Source of the DNA: Candidatus Aquidulcis sp.
GTDB taxonomy: Bacteria > Chloroflexota > Anaerolineae > UBA4142
DNA length: 64,000 nucleotides
Assembly (NCBI GenBank): GCA_020723345.1
Contig: DYJA01000011.1
Location: 43,349-107,348, forward strand
Direction: 5' to 3'
The notes under the pieces are model-generated. The model was not told the origin of the DNA, did no database searches, and worked only from the letters and a program-made list of their open reading frames with translations. Positions 37,201-45,280 of this stretch are shown here, piece after piece. How positions within the stretch are numbered: the first letter of the stretch is position 1; each line of letters opens with the position of its first letter. A program made the translations under genes and the position numbers.

Positions 37201-38239
37201 TACGGTTCGTTACGAAAGCCAACTGGCGCAGATGGCAATGGGTGACCAACGCCGTCCACAACGCCCGCGTGAGATCGAAGATCGCGTGGTCGTGCAATTG
37301 GAAGACCTGGCTCGTTTTCGCCTGATCGCGCATTGCTTGGCTTATGGCAACCCCAATTTTGATTGGGGGCAAGGTGTTAGGGAAACCGGCGCGTTACTCT
37401 ACGAGGATGTGCCGTCCAACAATCCACCGGGCGCAAACCCGGACAGCAAGGCAGTCTACCGTTTGATGGTTGAACCGACCGGTGTATCGCGGAATGGAAT
37501 ATTGGTCAACCCAATGACGAACAAGCCCGCCAGTCCCAAATATTGGGATTTGACCCAATTGGCTGAAATCCCCAGTCTCTTGGACGCGATCAACCAGTTC
37601 AACTACAAAAAACACGCAGTCGGCAATGTAGAGGATACGCTGGATGACTATCGCATCCAAACGACATTGGATAAAGCGATTGATGCCGATTGCGTGCGTC
37701 GGATTGCCAAGGGATTCCCGTGGCTGCCTCCTGCTGGGATGAGCAAGGATCAAGTACAGGAGGCGCAAAAGCGCGTGGCGCAGTATCTGCGGTACCAAGC
37801 CGAGGTCAAAGTATGGGAGACTCGATTGTTGTCACAAGACTATCGAGATGCGGTGATGCCAAGCACGCCGCCCAAAGCAGTCGCGCCTGAAATTCAACGC
37901 GAGGCGGATTTGCTCACGATGTTGATCCTCGTGCTGAACGAAGAAATCCGCACCCTGAATGGACAGATTGAACGATACGGAGGCGAGTGGGATTGGGCGT
38001 TTGCTGAACCGGAGGAAATTCAGCCGGAGCAAGTGCTCCCTCCGATGCCAGAGACGACTGTGCCTCAGGGCGTTACCTGTCCAAACTGCGGCACTAGCAA
38101 TTCGGAGGATGCGAACTTTTGCAAGAAATGCGGCGCGCAGTTAGGTGCAAAACTCGCCAAGTGTCCGAAATGCGGCAGAGAGTACGACTTGGCGGACACA
38201 AGTTTCTGCCCGAAGGATGGGAGTAAGTTGACGCCATGA
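34235..38239 (+). CDS. Giant tubulin/FtsZ-like (Pfam Tubulin_2-type) protein with helical body and C-terminal double zinc ribbon
   Basis: SD AAAGGAGG. T1-like SLIIGLGGTGVTV, ILAFDTE, T4/tubulin-signature-like ITGSFVGGTGAGLFVDIAHL. C-terminus CPNCG..CKKCG..CPKCG..CPKDG. Confidence 0.8.
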   Translation: MAIKPVPSLIIGLGGTGVTVATYVKKDLLEISETDGVPAGVQILAFDTEATNRVHVGGWGRPRRTGERRTGPVELGHGEYVHIGGNVLDLAKEVAEGQHYYLGTWWNASQYLAENLPADLWHLNKGAGQFRQFGRMALFQNRVTVTNMLTAAMNSIRRGAPGATDLYVHITGSFVGGTGAGLFVDIAHLASVVAKQQNLDKVSVRGYFVLVDAFLGTPQVKLEDPRLKSTYQAQAYACLRECSRLVSATDYATGYPMNYADEGDPELLRGRITKRPYDAVYLFDGHRIYNPLTTSRIEDGIAPTIADAIVAHVDAKSGAKFTSHTVNSDKQRTALKIPADIPTFGALGTFTFVLPIFHIVEEWTHRLAKEALDELLVPTDWSKDTGLPNSPLATNKRGGMKAEPLNDGADKGREWLRRSSPTAFTQDLGEQGARYSRSATRSEVEGEIRNRTTEDWIKLLKPEDQSVMTSDNIERATIVLESDITKEKVKRGGQMEGNEYYVHPSPGGSDRDQADQVANEVRRIFKILIGEEDDDTGRRSGGRVKVTLDELKATHIKKFRTQLRVLIEETLNGLKGADAFEAKAGKLGYMIAFLRQVRDDLQQAQLAIEKTEGAQRSTGTSRQRQTGSRREESETLLKELIEKMQKGGGLFGANRKEYIAKAQQYLQILKSEIAERVAFETVRDLVLTADNTLAEVNGWAEALGHRNVKEGGVYALVLEGRANNQHDRERNAEARVREQVSDLTYENGKYSDYVSRGGVANSRTQLKQILGELAWTAHIDENTGRIRLGLNLGEKGEQEFSSEKGQNIGAVNGKIFLERCRAVFKPAWDDLSILRYLMDNYGPARQKTMEDLAKLIHQKTGPLLEVRGDQPLPANFLRVNLESVGEAQAGSDQQQQAQARSVFMQQLADELGRLNHVQVERTVIEDGKPETSKFVDYADSMDRFKLGFVYFSELNQPKNIATFSGGVSDYRAYPVKQRTYLHIFPAEEHTVRYESQLAQMAMGDQRRPQRPREIEDRVVVQLEDLARFRLIAHCLAYGNPNFDWGQGVRETGALLYEDVPSNNPPGANPDSKAVYRLMVEPTGVSRNGILVNPMTNKPASPKYWDLTQLAEIPSLLDAINQFNYKKHAVGNVEDTLDDYRIQTTLDKAIDADCVRRIAKGFPWLPPAGMSKDQVQEAQKRVAQYLRYQAEVKVWETRLLSQDYRDAVMPSTPPKAVAPEIQREADLLTMLILVLNEEIRTLNGQIERYGGEWDWAFAEPEEIQPEQVLPPMPETTVPQGVTCPNCGTSNSEDANFCKKCGAQLGAKLAKCPKCGREYDLADTSFCPKDGSKLTP

Positions 38240-38383
38240 GTTGGAGGATGCGTTCCACTATAAGCCAACTGCCATCAGCATTGTCAGAATAGCAAGAATC
38301 CGTTACTCACAAGAGGATTGGCATGTGGGAAAATAGAATTGAATGATCACATGCCAGTCCGATTGGAACACTGCGAGGTGTCC

Positions 38384-40690
38384 ATGTCTGCCGGGCTGCC
38401 ACAATTTCTTAACGATCGCGAAGCAGATAGAGATTTGCTCGATTTTACCCCATATACTGAGACACTGGTGGATATCGTTCGGGATGAGAATAACCACGGT
38501 CCCTTGGTGATTGGACTTTTCGGGACTTGGGGTAGCGGCAAAACATCATTGATGCATTTTGTCGAACACGCATTGCAACACCCTTCATCCGAGAATGTGC
38601 AACAGTTTCGGATTGTCTGGTTTGACGCTTGGAAATACGAAAAGGAAGAATCGCTATGGCGTGCGTTGTTGCTTCGCGTTGTTGATGCTCTGCGGGATCG
38701 CAACGAGGAAGGTGAGGATACCACTTCATTCAATCGTCGTCAACGAATTGAGAATCTTGAGCAACGCTTGTACCGTGACGTTGAATGGGAAGAAAAAGCC
38801 GGAATTACGATAGACTGGGCAAAGTTGGGACGGTTTGGTTTAGGTGGCGCAATCAAGCTATCCTTTGCTTTTGTGCCAGGTCTATCGCATCTGGTCGAAA
38901 CCGTAAAGTCAGCGCAGGGCGCGCTGGGCAAAGCTGAAGGCATAAACGATCTGTTCGATACTTTTCGGCGGAATGTGGTCACGCATCACCAAGCGCAGCT
39001 AAACTCAATCGAACAGTTTCAAAATGAATTTGGAAAACTCGTTCAGCAGTATGTTATATCCCAAAATCAGCGTCTAGTTGTGTTTATTGATGATCTTGAC
39101 CGTTGTCTACCCGAAAAGGCAATTGAAGTCCTTGAGGCAATCAAACTCTTTCTCGACGTCAAAGGATGTATTTTCTTGCTGGGACTTGACCAAGACGTAA
39201 TTGCGCGGGGCATCAAAGTCAAGTACCGAGGGTTTGCTAGTGCATCGGCAAATGATGAATCCGCGATACCTATTGATGGCGTGCAGTATCTTGAAAAGAT
39301 TATTCAACTGCCCTTTCGTTTGCCCAAGATTGAGCCGCAGGAGATGAAACCATTTATCAAGAATCTGTTGGAATTTTCCGATGTCCGCTGCGCGGATGTT
39401 TTTGCTGAAGGGTTGGAAACTAATCCACGCAAGGTCAAACGCGCAATCAATATTTTCCTATTTGTCTCTCGTCTGGCTGAGCGTCGCAAACTCCGAATTT
39501 CCCAGGTTCGCCTCGCCAAGGTGATTGTCATCTATCACAATCACCCGATCTTGTATGATCGCTTACGCAAAAACCCCGCACTGTTGCGGGATGTAGAAAA
39601 ATATTTTGAGGAGCAACTCCCCAAGTCTTCCAAAGATCAAACGCACAATCTCGAAGCTCCAACGAACCAAACTATTACTCCACCAGTTGGAGAGCATTTG
39701 CTTGCCGACGATGCTTTAAGGCGCGTGATGACTCTCTATTTGCGAGACTACGATGCTTGTTTTCAAACAGCAGACTATACCGAACTCGACTCGTATTTCA
39801 CATTGACTCGCGGAACTGTTATTGATCCTCTGGTACAATCCGCTAAAAATGTTACGACTATGTCAACGGCACTCGGTTTTCCGATTCCGATTTTCGTGCG
39901 GATTCCCGAAGGCGAATTTCGGATGGGCACTTCGGATGAAGATATTTCACGCTTGGCGCAAATGCCAGGAACGCAAACCTGGGCGAGAGAATCGCAAGAG
40001 AAAGAATACTTTAAAGAAGAGAAACCGGATCGTTGCGTATATCTGAATGAATTCGAAATCGCGAAATACCCTGTGACCTATGAACAATATCAGGCGTTCA
40101 TTAAGGCGACGCGACATCCTGCTCCAAGAGATTGGTCAGGTGATTTGTTTCGGGATGGGTTTGAATCGCATCCTGTGGCCAATGTGAGTTGGATTGATGC
40201 TATAGCATACTGTCGTTGGTTGACCGAACAATTACGCAACATCAATAATCTACAGAACAACGAAATAGTTCGGTTGCCGATCGAAGCAGAATGGGAAAAA
40301 GCCGCTTCATGGGATGCTTTGGGACAAAAGAAACGCATTTGGCCATGGGGCGACACTTGGCAAAGTGAAAACTGCAATACAAGAGAAAAAGGAATCGGCA
40401 CCACAACTCCTGTTGGAAAATTCTCGCCCAAGGGAGATAGCCCTTATGGCATTGCCGACATGGCAGGCAACGTGTGGGAATGGTGTGCCGATTGGTACCA
40501 ATCTGATTATTATGAAAATGCTTCCAACAGGAATCCCTATAACGCATCTGCTGGACAATATCGTGTCGCACGAGGGAGTTCGTGGTATGGCGATCAGGCA
40601 GATGCAAGATGCGCTTTTCGGTTTTCGTATGCTCTCAATGTAAGTGGTTTTGATTTGGGTTTTCGTTGCGTCAAAGGTCAACCAGTGTAA
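38384..40690 (+). CDS. KAP-family P-loop NTPase fused to a C-terminal formylglycine-generating-enzyme (FGE/SUMF1, C-lectin-like) domain
   Basis: Walker A GLFGTWGSGKTS. Walker B/KAP box VVFIDDLDRCLPEKAIEVLEAIKLF. FGE motifs HPVANVSWIDAIAYCRWL, GNVWEWCADWY, VARGSSW. Start uncertain: 38384 has a GAGG SD, and the track gives TTG at 38318. Confidence 0.85.
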   Translation: MSAGLPQFLNDREADRDLLDFTPYTETLVDIVRDENNHGPLVIGLFGTWGSGKTSLMHFVEHALQHPSSENVQQFRIVWFDAWKYEKEESLWRALLLRVVDALRDRNEEGEDTTSFNRRQRIENLEQRLYRDVEWEEKAGITIDWAKLGRFGLGGAIKLSFAFVPGLSHLVETVKSAQGALGKAEGINDLFDTFRRNVVTHHQAQLNSIEQFQNEFGKLVQQYVISQNQRLVVFIDDLDRCLPEKAIEVLEAIKLFLDVKGCIFLLGLDQDVIARGIKVKYRGFASASANDESAIPIDGVQYLEKIIQLPFRLPKIEPQEMKPFIKNLLEFSDVRCADVFAEGLETNPRKVKRAINIFLFVSRLAERRKLRISQVRLAKVIVIYHNHPILYDRLRKNPALLRDVEKYFEEQLPKSSKDQTHNLEAPTNQTITPPVGEHLLADDALRRVMTLYLRDYDACFQTADYTELDSYFTLTRGTVIDPLVQSAKNVTTMSTALGFPIPIFVRIPEGEFRMGTSDEDISRLAQMPGTQTWARESQEKEYFKEEKPDRCVYLNEFEIAKYPVTYEQYQAFIKATRHPAPRDWSGDLFRDGFESHPVANVSWIDAIAYCRWLTEQLRNINNLQNNEIVRLPIEAEWEKAASWDALGQKKRIWPWGDTWQSENCNTREKGIGTTTPVGKFSPKGDSPYGIADMAGNVWEWCADWYQSDYYENASNRNPYNASAGQYRVARGSSWYGDQADARCAFRFSYALNVSGFDLGFRCVKGQPV

Positions 40691-40726
40691 ATAAACGAAT
40701 CAAGAATAACTTGATAGGAGCCTTTT

Positions 40727-41686
40727 GTGCCTACTGGTATTCCCGATATTTCTCAAATGGTACTTCGTGAAATCTTGGCAGGTAAGTTAGTACCCTTTTT
40801 AGGAGCAGGTGCTAGTCTGTGTTCACGCTCCAGAACTTCAAGTTCTTCTAAACCAGGTACGTATCCTCCCAGTTCACAGGATCTATGTAATTCCTTGGCG
40901 CACAGGTTTGCTTACCCAAGTGGATCTGAAACACCTAATTTGATGCATGTATCACAATATGCCGAAGTCTTTAACGGACGGGTAGCACTATATGACGAAT
41001 TGCACAAGCATTTCGAACCCAATTATCAACCGACTGTACTACATTACTTTCTTGCTAATCTTCGCCGAACACTAATTAGGAAACATTTGCCTTTTCATCC
41101 AATGCTTATCGTTACAACAAACTATGACACGATGCTTGAGAGTGCATTCGATAAAGCGAACGAACCCTACGACCTAGTGTATTACACGGCAGATGGAAAA
41201 GACAAAGGGTTGTTCAAACATATTCCATACGGTGGCAAGGAGGAAACCATTTATAAATTGAACGAATATGATAAATTTCCTGTAAAATACGGCGAGATCC
41301 AACGCACAATTATCCTAAAGATGCATGGGCACGTGAATAGAGCCGAAAGCGCAAAGGATAGCTATGTTATAACAGAGGATCATTACATCGATTATTTGGC
41401 CTATAATGACAAAGTAAGTCCCCTGCCAGCAATACTATGTCAGCAATTAAAGCTTAAACATATTCTTTTTTTGGGGCATAGTTTAAATGATTGGAACCTT
41501 CGCGTTATTTTACGCCGTGTCTGGGCAGATGTTGAATTTGACTCTCGGTCATGGGCGATTCAACTTGATCCTACAGCCATTGATCAAGAATTGTGGAGGA
41601 GACGCAACGTGATTGTTTTTCCAAGCGATCTAGTTTCATTTGTTGCCAATCTCAGAGCTTCTTTCAGCGGATACAAACCCGGGTGA
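40727..41686 (+). CDS. SIR2-like (SIR2_2) domain protein, predicted NAD-consuming effector
   Basis: SD TAGGAG then GTG 40727. LVPFLGAGAS, IVTTNYDTMLE, ILKMHGHV (catalytic His), ILFLGHSLNDWN. Confidence 0.85.
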   Translation: MPTGIPDISQMVLREILAGKLVPFLGAGASLCSRSRTSSSSKPGTYPPSSQDLCNSLAHRFAYPSGSETPNLMHVSQYAEVFNGRVALYDELHKHFEPNYQPTVLHYFLANLRRTLIRKHLPFHPMLIVTTNYDTMLESAFDKANEPYDLVYYTADGKDKGLFKHIPYGGKEETIYKLNEYDKFPVKYGEIQRTIILKMHGHVNRAESAKDSYVITEDHYIDYLAYNDKVSPLPAILCQQLKLKHILFLGHSLNDWNLRVILRRVWADVEFDSRSWAIQLDPTAIDQELWRRRNVIVFPSDLVSFVANLRASFSGYKPG

Positions 41687-41691
41687 AAATT

Positions 41692-44600
41692 ATGTCCATT
41701 GCACATACCATAGCGAAACCATATAAAGGGCTAGCGCCTTTCTCTGAATCTGACGCGAATATTTTTTTTGGTCGCGAGCAAGAATGTGAGGTGGTTGCTG
41801 CCAACCTACTAACTTCGCGTTTCACTGTTGTTTATGGTGCAAGTGGTGTTGGTAAAAGTTCGCTTTTACGTGCTGGCGTTGTCCATTATCTAAGTACGCT
41901 TGCACAAAAGCGTTTGCAGAGTAGCACTGAAGAACGTAATACTCCGGAATTCATTGTTATTGTTTTTGATAGGTGGTCGGGAAATCTAGTTGGTGGTCTA
42001 TCAGAGCAAATTAGACAAGTACTATCGCCTTTTGTACAGTCCTATGATCTTGGATTCCAGCCAAACGATTCTATTCCAGATTTGGTAGACAAGTGGAAAC
42101 AAGCAACGCGGTCTACACTTCTTGTAATTCTAGATCAATTTGAAAGCTACTTGGCTTATCATCCTGAGGTAGATGAGTTTACCACTCAGTTATCTGACGC
42201 CATACGAACAGAAGGGCTCGGGATAAACTTCTTGATTTCGATCCGTGAGGACTCACTGGCAAAATTGGATCGATTTGAGGGTTATATTCCCAATCTCTTT
42301 GATAATAATATACGCATCAATCGGCTCGGTCGTACACCCGCGAAAGAAGCAATTGAAAACCCAATTCGCAAATTCAATGAAATAAACAAAACTGAAATTC
42401 GAATTGAGCCGGAACTTGTTGAAACCGTGTTAAATGAAGTGACCGCTGGTAAGATTATGGGGGTAGTTGAAGGTTCCAGATTCTCTATTTCCAGCAAGGA
42501 TGAGGTGGATGCCCCTTATTTGCAACTGGTAATGGAACGACTGTGGAAAACAGAAATAGAGGCTGGCTCCGATGTATTGCGTTTGAAAACGCTTCACGAA
42601 GTAGGTTATGCCGAGTCTATTGTCAGAAAACACCTTGACGATAAGATGGAGGAATTAGATACGCCAGAGCAAAATATTGCCGCGCAAATCTTTCGCTATC
42701 TCGTAACACCATCAAGAGCGAAGGTTGCCTATTCAGCGAGTGATCTTGCTGCTTACACCAACTTGAAAAAAAATGAAATTACTCTAGTGCTCGAAAAACT
42801 GTCGAGTACTGATTCAAGAATTGTCCGTTTGCTTTCTCCTCTATCTAATCAACATCCTGCGATCCGATATGAGATTTTTCACGATGCTCTTTCGGCTGCG
42901 GTTCTAGATTGGCGAGCAAGATTCGTTCAGAAACAAAACGCGTATATTCAAAAACAGAGAAGTATTGCTTTTGCGCGTGAGCTAGCGGCAAATTCAATTT
43001 CCCAGATGCAACAAGATCAGGATCTATCAGTTCTTTTAGCTCTTGAGGCACTCCGTATAGAGGAAATTCCCCAAGCCTACAGTGCTCTCAGACTGGCAGT
43101 AGTGCGTTCCTATATGCGATATATTATTCGTGATCACCTCAGACCCGTGAAATGTGTAGCCTACAGTCCTGATGGACAATATTTGCTGACGGCTAGCGAT
43201 GATTGCACCGCGCGGATCTGGACAGCTCGGTATCGCCCAGTAAATTTGATGCAACATGAAAGCCCTGTGCTCGGCGCAGTGTATAGTCCTGATAGCAAGT
43301 TTATCTTGACTTTTTCAAGCAAGCGCGCATTCGTATGGACTAATAAAGGAAACCTATCACACGAATTGAAAGGACATTCTGAAGATATTACCTGTGCTAC
43401 GTTTAGTGCTGATGGTCAATTTGTCGCTACGTCCAGCAAGGACATGACTGCAAGGGTTTGGACTACTAAAGTAGGAACACCGATCGCTCAAATGGTAGGT
43501 CACTCGCGCTCAGTTAATTGTATTACCTTCAACCCTGACGATGAATTTGTTGCAACCGGTAGCGATGATGGTATGGTCAAAATATGGGAAGCTAGTAGCG
43601 GTAAGCTTCGAACAGAATTACGTGGACACGAAGGGCCTGTTGACCACATTTCGTACTACCCGAAGGGCATTGCAGACAACGAACTTCTTCTTACTTCAGG
43701 ACAGGATAATATTGCGCGAGTATGGAATACCAGGTCAGGTCTGTGCCTTCAAGCATTACGTGGCCATACCGGTATTATTACTAGTTCACTATTTAACAAC
43801 GATGGCACTCGTATTTTGACAGCCAGCGAAGATGGCACCGTGAGAATTTGGGATACCCATATGGGAATGCTCCTGGCTGTTTTGCGTGGGCATACAGATC
43901 CCGTGCTTGACGTTCTTTTCACTCCCGATGGTAAATTCATAATTACAACCAGCGGCGACGAAACAAGCCGGGTGTGGGATGCCATAATTGGTGATTGCAT
44001 ATTGGTATTGAGGGGGCATCGCGGGGCAGTAAGAACGGCAACTGTTAGTGGAAAGGGCAACATCATCGTAACTGGCGGTGAAGACGCAAAGGTGAGGATT
44101 TGGCAGTCACACCTAATGCGTGCCCCTCTCGAGCTTAGGGGATATGAAGATCAATTGCTCGGTATTTCTTTCGGCCACGACAATAATTGTGTTGTTGCTT
44201 TTGGCACAAATGCAATTGCTCGAACATGGGAGGTCACCTCAGGCAAGTCGCGTTTAGTACTTGATGGACATGAATCGCGATTACGTTCTGTGTCCTTCAG
44301 CTACCATAACAACCAGATTTTGACGTCTAGCGATGATGGGACAGCGAGATTGTGGAGTGCTACTACAGGGCAGTCCTTGGGAACTTTGCGTGGACATCTT
44401 GGATCAGTGTACAACGCGCTTTTTAGCCCAGATGATAGATTGATAGTAACTAGTGGAGTCGACAAAACTGTACGAATTTGGGATTTGGACAAGAAGGACT
44501 TGAATTCCCAGATATTGGTGCAAGGGGATAATATCAGTTGCCTTTCCATTAGTCATAATGGTAAATTTCTGGCTGTTGCTCGTGGCAACCAAAGTGCCGT

Positions 44601-45234
44601 TGTGGAGATCTGGAATCTGGTTGGGCGGCGATGTACAGCAAAGTTGTCAGGTCACAATTTAACAATTTATGGTGTCAATTTTAGTTACAATGACGAGTAT
44701 CTAGTAACTGCGAGTGATGATAGCAAAGTGTGTGTTTGGGATGTGTCTACTGGGAAATGCCTGAAAAATTTATCTACTCACAAGAGTTGGGTCAGACAAG
44801 CCATATTTAGTCCAGACAACAAATATATTGCAACAGCCGGTGGGGACAATACGGCCAAAATCTGGGACGCGGAAACTGGCCAAGTTACTGTCGATGTGCT
44901 ACACGCAGCTCCGGTGAATACTGTAGCATTTAGCCCCAATGGACAACTTGTTGTTTCGGCAAGTTTGGACAATACTGTGAAATTATGGGATGTTTTGTAT
45001 GGTTGGCTACTTGAAGAGTTTCACGGACATACTAAACCTGTGCAGTGTGTTGCATTTAGTCCAGATGGAAACTATGTCGCCACAGCAAGTCTGGATGGGA
45101 TAGGACGATTATACTCAATCAAAGAATATCAGCCCGAACAGATTCGAACATTGGCTCGTGAGAAAATATCTAGAAACAAAAAAGAGCTCACTCCTGCTGA
45201 AAGAAGAAGATATTTGCACGACTGGGTAACTTGA
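41692..45234 (+). CDS. STAND-class NTPase (NACHT/nSTAND-like) with about 16 WD40 repeats
   Basis: ATG lies 5 nt after the SIR2 stop. YKGLAPFSESDANIFFGRE. Walker A VVYGASGVGKSS. Walker B LLVILDQFE. Repeated GH..V..v.FSPDG..laTaS.D.T.r.W units. Confidence 0.9.
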   Translation: MSIAHTIAKPYKGLAPFSESDANIFFGREQECEVVAANLLTSRFTVVYGASGVGKSSLLRAGVVHYLSTLAQKRLQSSTEERNTPEFIVIVFDRWSGNLVGGLSEQIRQVLSPFVQSYDLGFQPNDSIPDLVDKWKQATRSTLLVILDQFESYLAYHPEVDEFTTQLSDAIRTEGLGINFLISIREDSLAKLDRFEGYIPNLFDNNIRINRLGRTPAKEAIENPIRKFNEINKTEIRIEPELVETVLNEVTAGKIMGVVEGSRFSISSKDEVDAPYLQLVMERLWKTEIEAGSDVLRLKTLHEVGYAESIVRKHLDDKMEELDTPEQNIAAQIFRYLVTPSRAKVAYSASDLAAYTNLKKNEITLVLEKLSSTDSRIVRLLSPLSNQHPAIRYEIFHDALSAAVLDWRARFVQKQNAYIQKQRSIAFARELAANSISQMQQDQDLSVLLALEALRIEEIPQAYSALRLAVVRSYMRYIIRDHLRPVKCVAYSPDGQYLLTASDDCTARIWTARYRPVNLMQHESPVLGAVYSPDSKFILTFSSKRAFVWTNKGNLSHELKGHSEDITCATFSADGQFVATSSKDMTARVWTTKVGTPIAQMVGHSRSVNCITFNPDDEFVATGSDDGMVKIWEASSGKLRTELRGHEGPVDHISYYPKGIADNELLLTSGQDNIARVWNTRSGLCLQALRGHTGIITSSLFNNDGTRILTASEDGTVRIWDTHMGMLLAVLRGHTDPVLDVLFTPDGKFIITTSGDETSRVWDAIIGDCILVLRGHRGAVRTATVSGKGNIIVTGGEDAKVRIWQSHLMRAPLELRGYEDQLLGISFGHDNNCVVAFGTNAIARTWEVTSGKSRLVLDGHESRLRSVSFSYHNNQILTSSDDGTARLWSATTGQSLGTLRGHLGSVYNALFSPDDRLIVTSGVDKTVRIWDLDKKDLNSQILVQGDNISCLSISHNGKFLAVARGNQSAVVEIWNLVGRRCTAKLSGHNLTIYGVNFSYNDEYLVTASDDSKVCVWDVSTGKCLKNLSTHKSWVRQAIFSPDNKYIATAGGDNTAKIWDAETGQVTVDVLHAAPVNTVAFSPNGQLVVSASLDNTVKLWDVLYGWLLEEFHGHTKPVQCVAFSPDGNYVATASLDGIGRLYSIKEYQPEQIRTLAREKISRNKKELTPAERRRYLHDWVT

Positions 45235-45280
45235 CTCCAAAATCCTATCAAGCAATTTCCGACCGAACCGGAGGATCACC

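Noticed and set aside
40440-40690. Possible diversity-generating retroelement target, since the FGE/C-lectin domain at a C-terminus is the classic DGR variable-region scaffold
   Set aside because: No reverse transcriptase ORF and no second (template) copy of the 3' ~120 nt could be found anywhere in the window.
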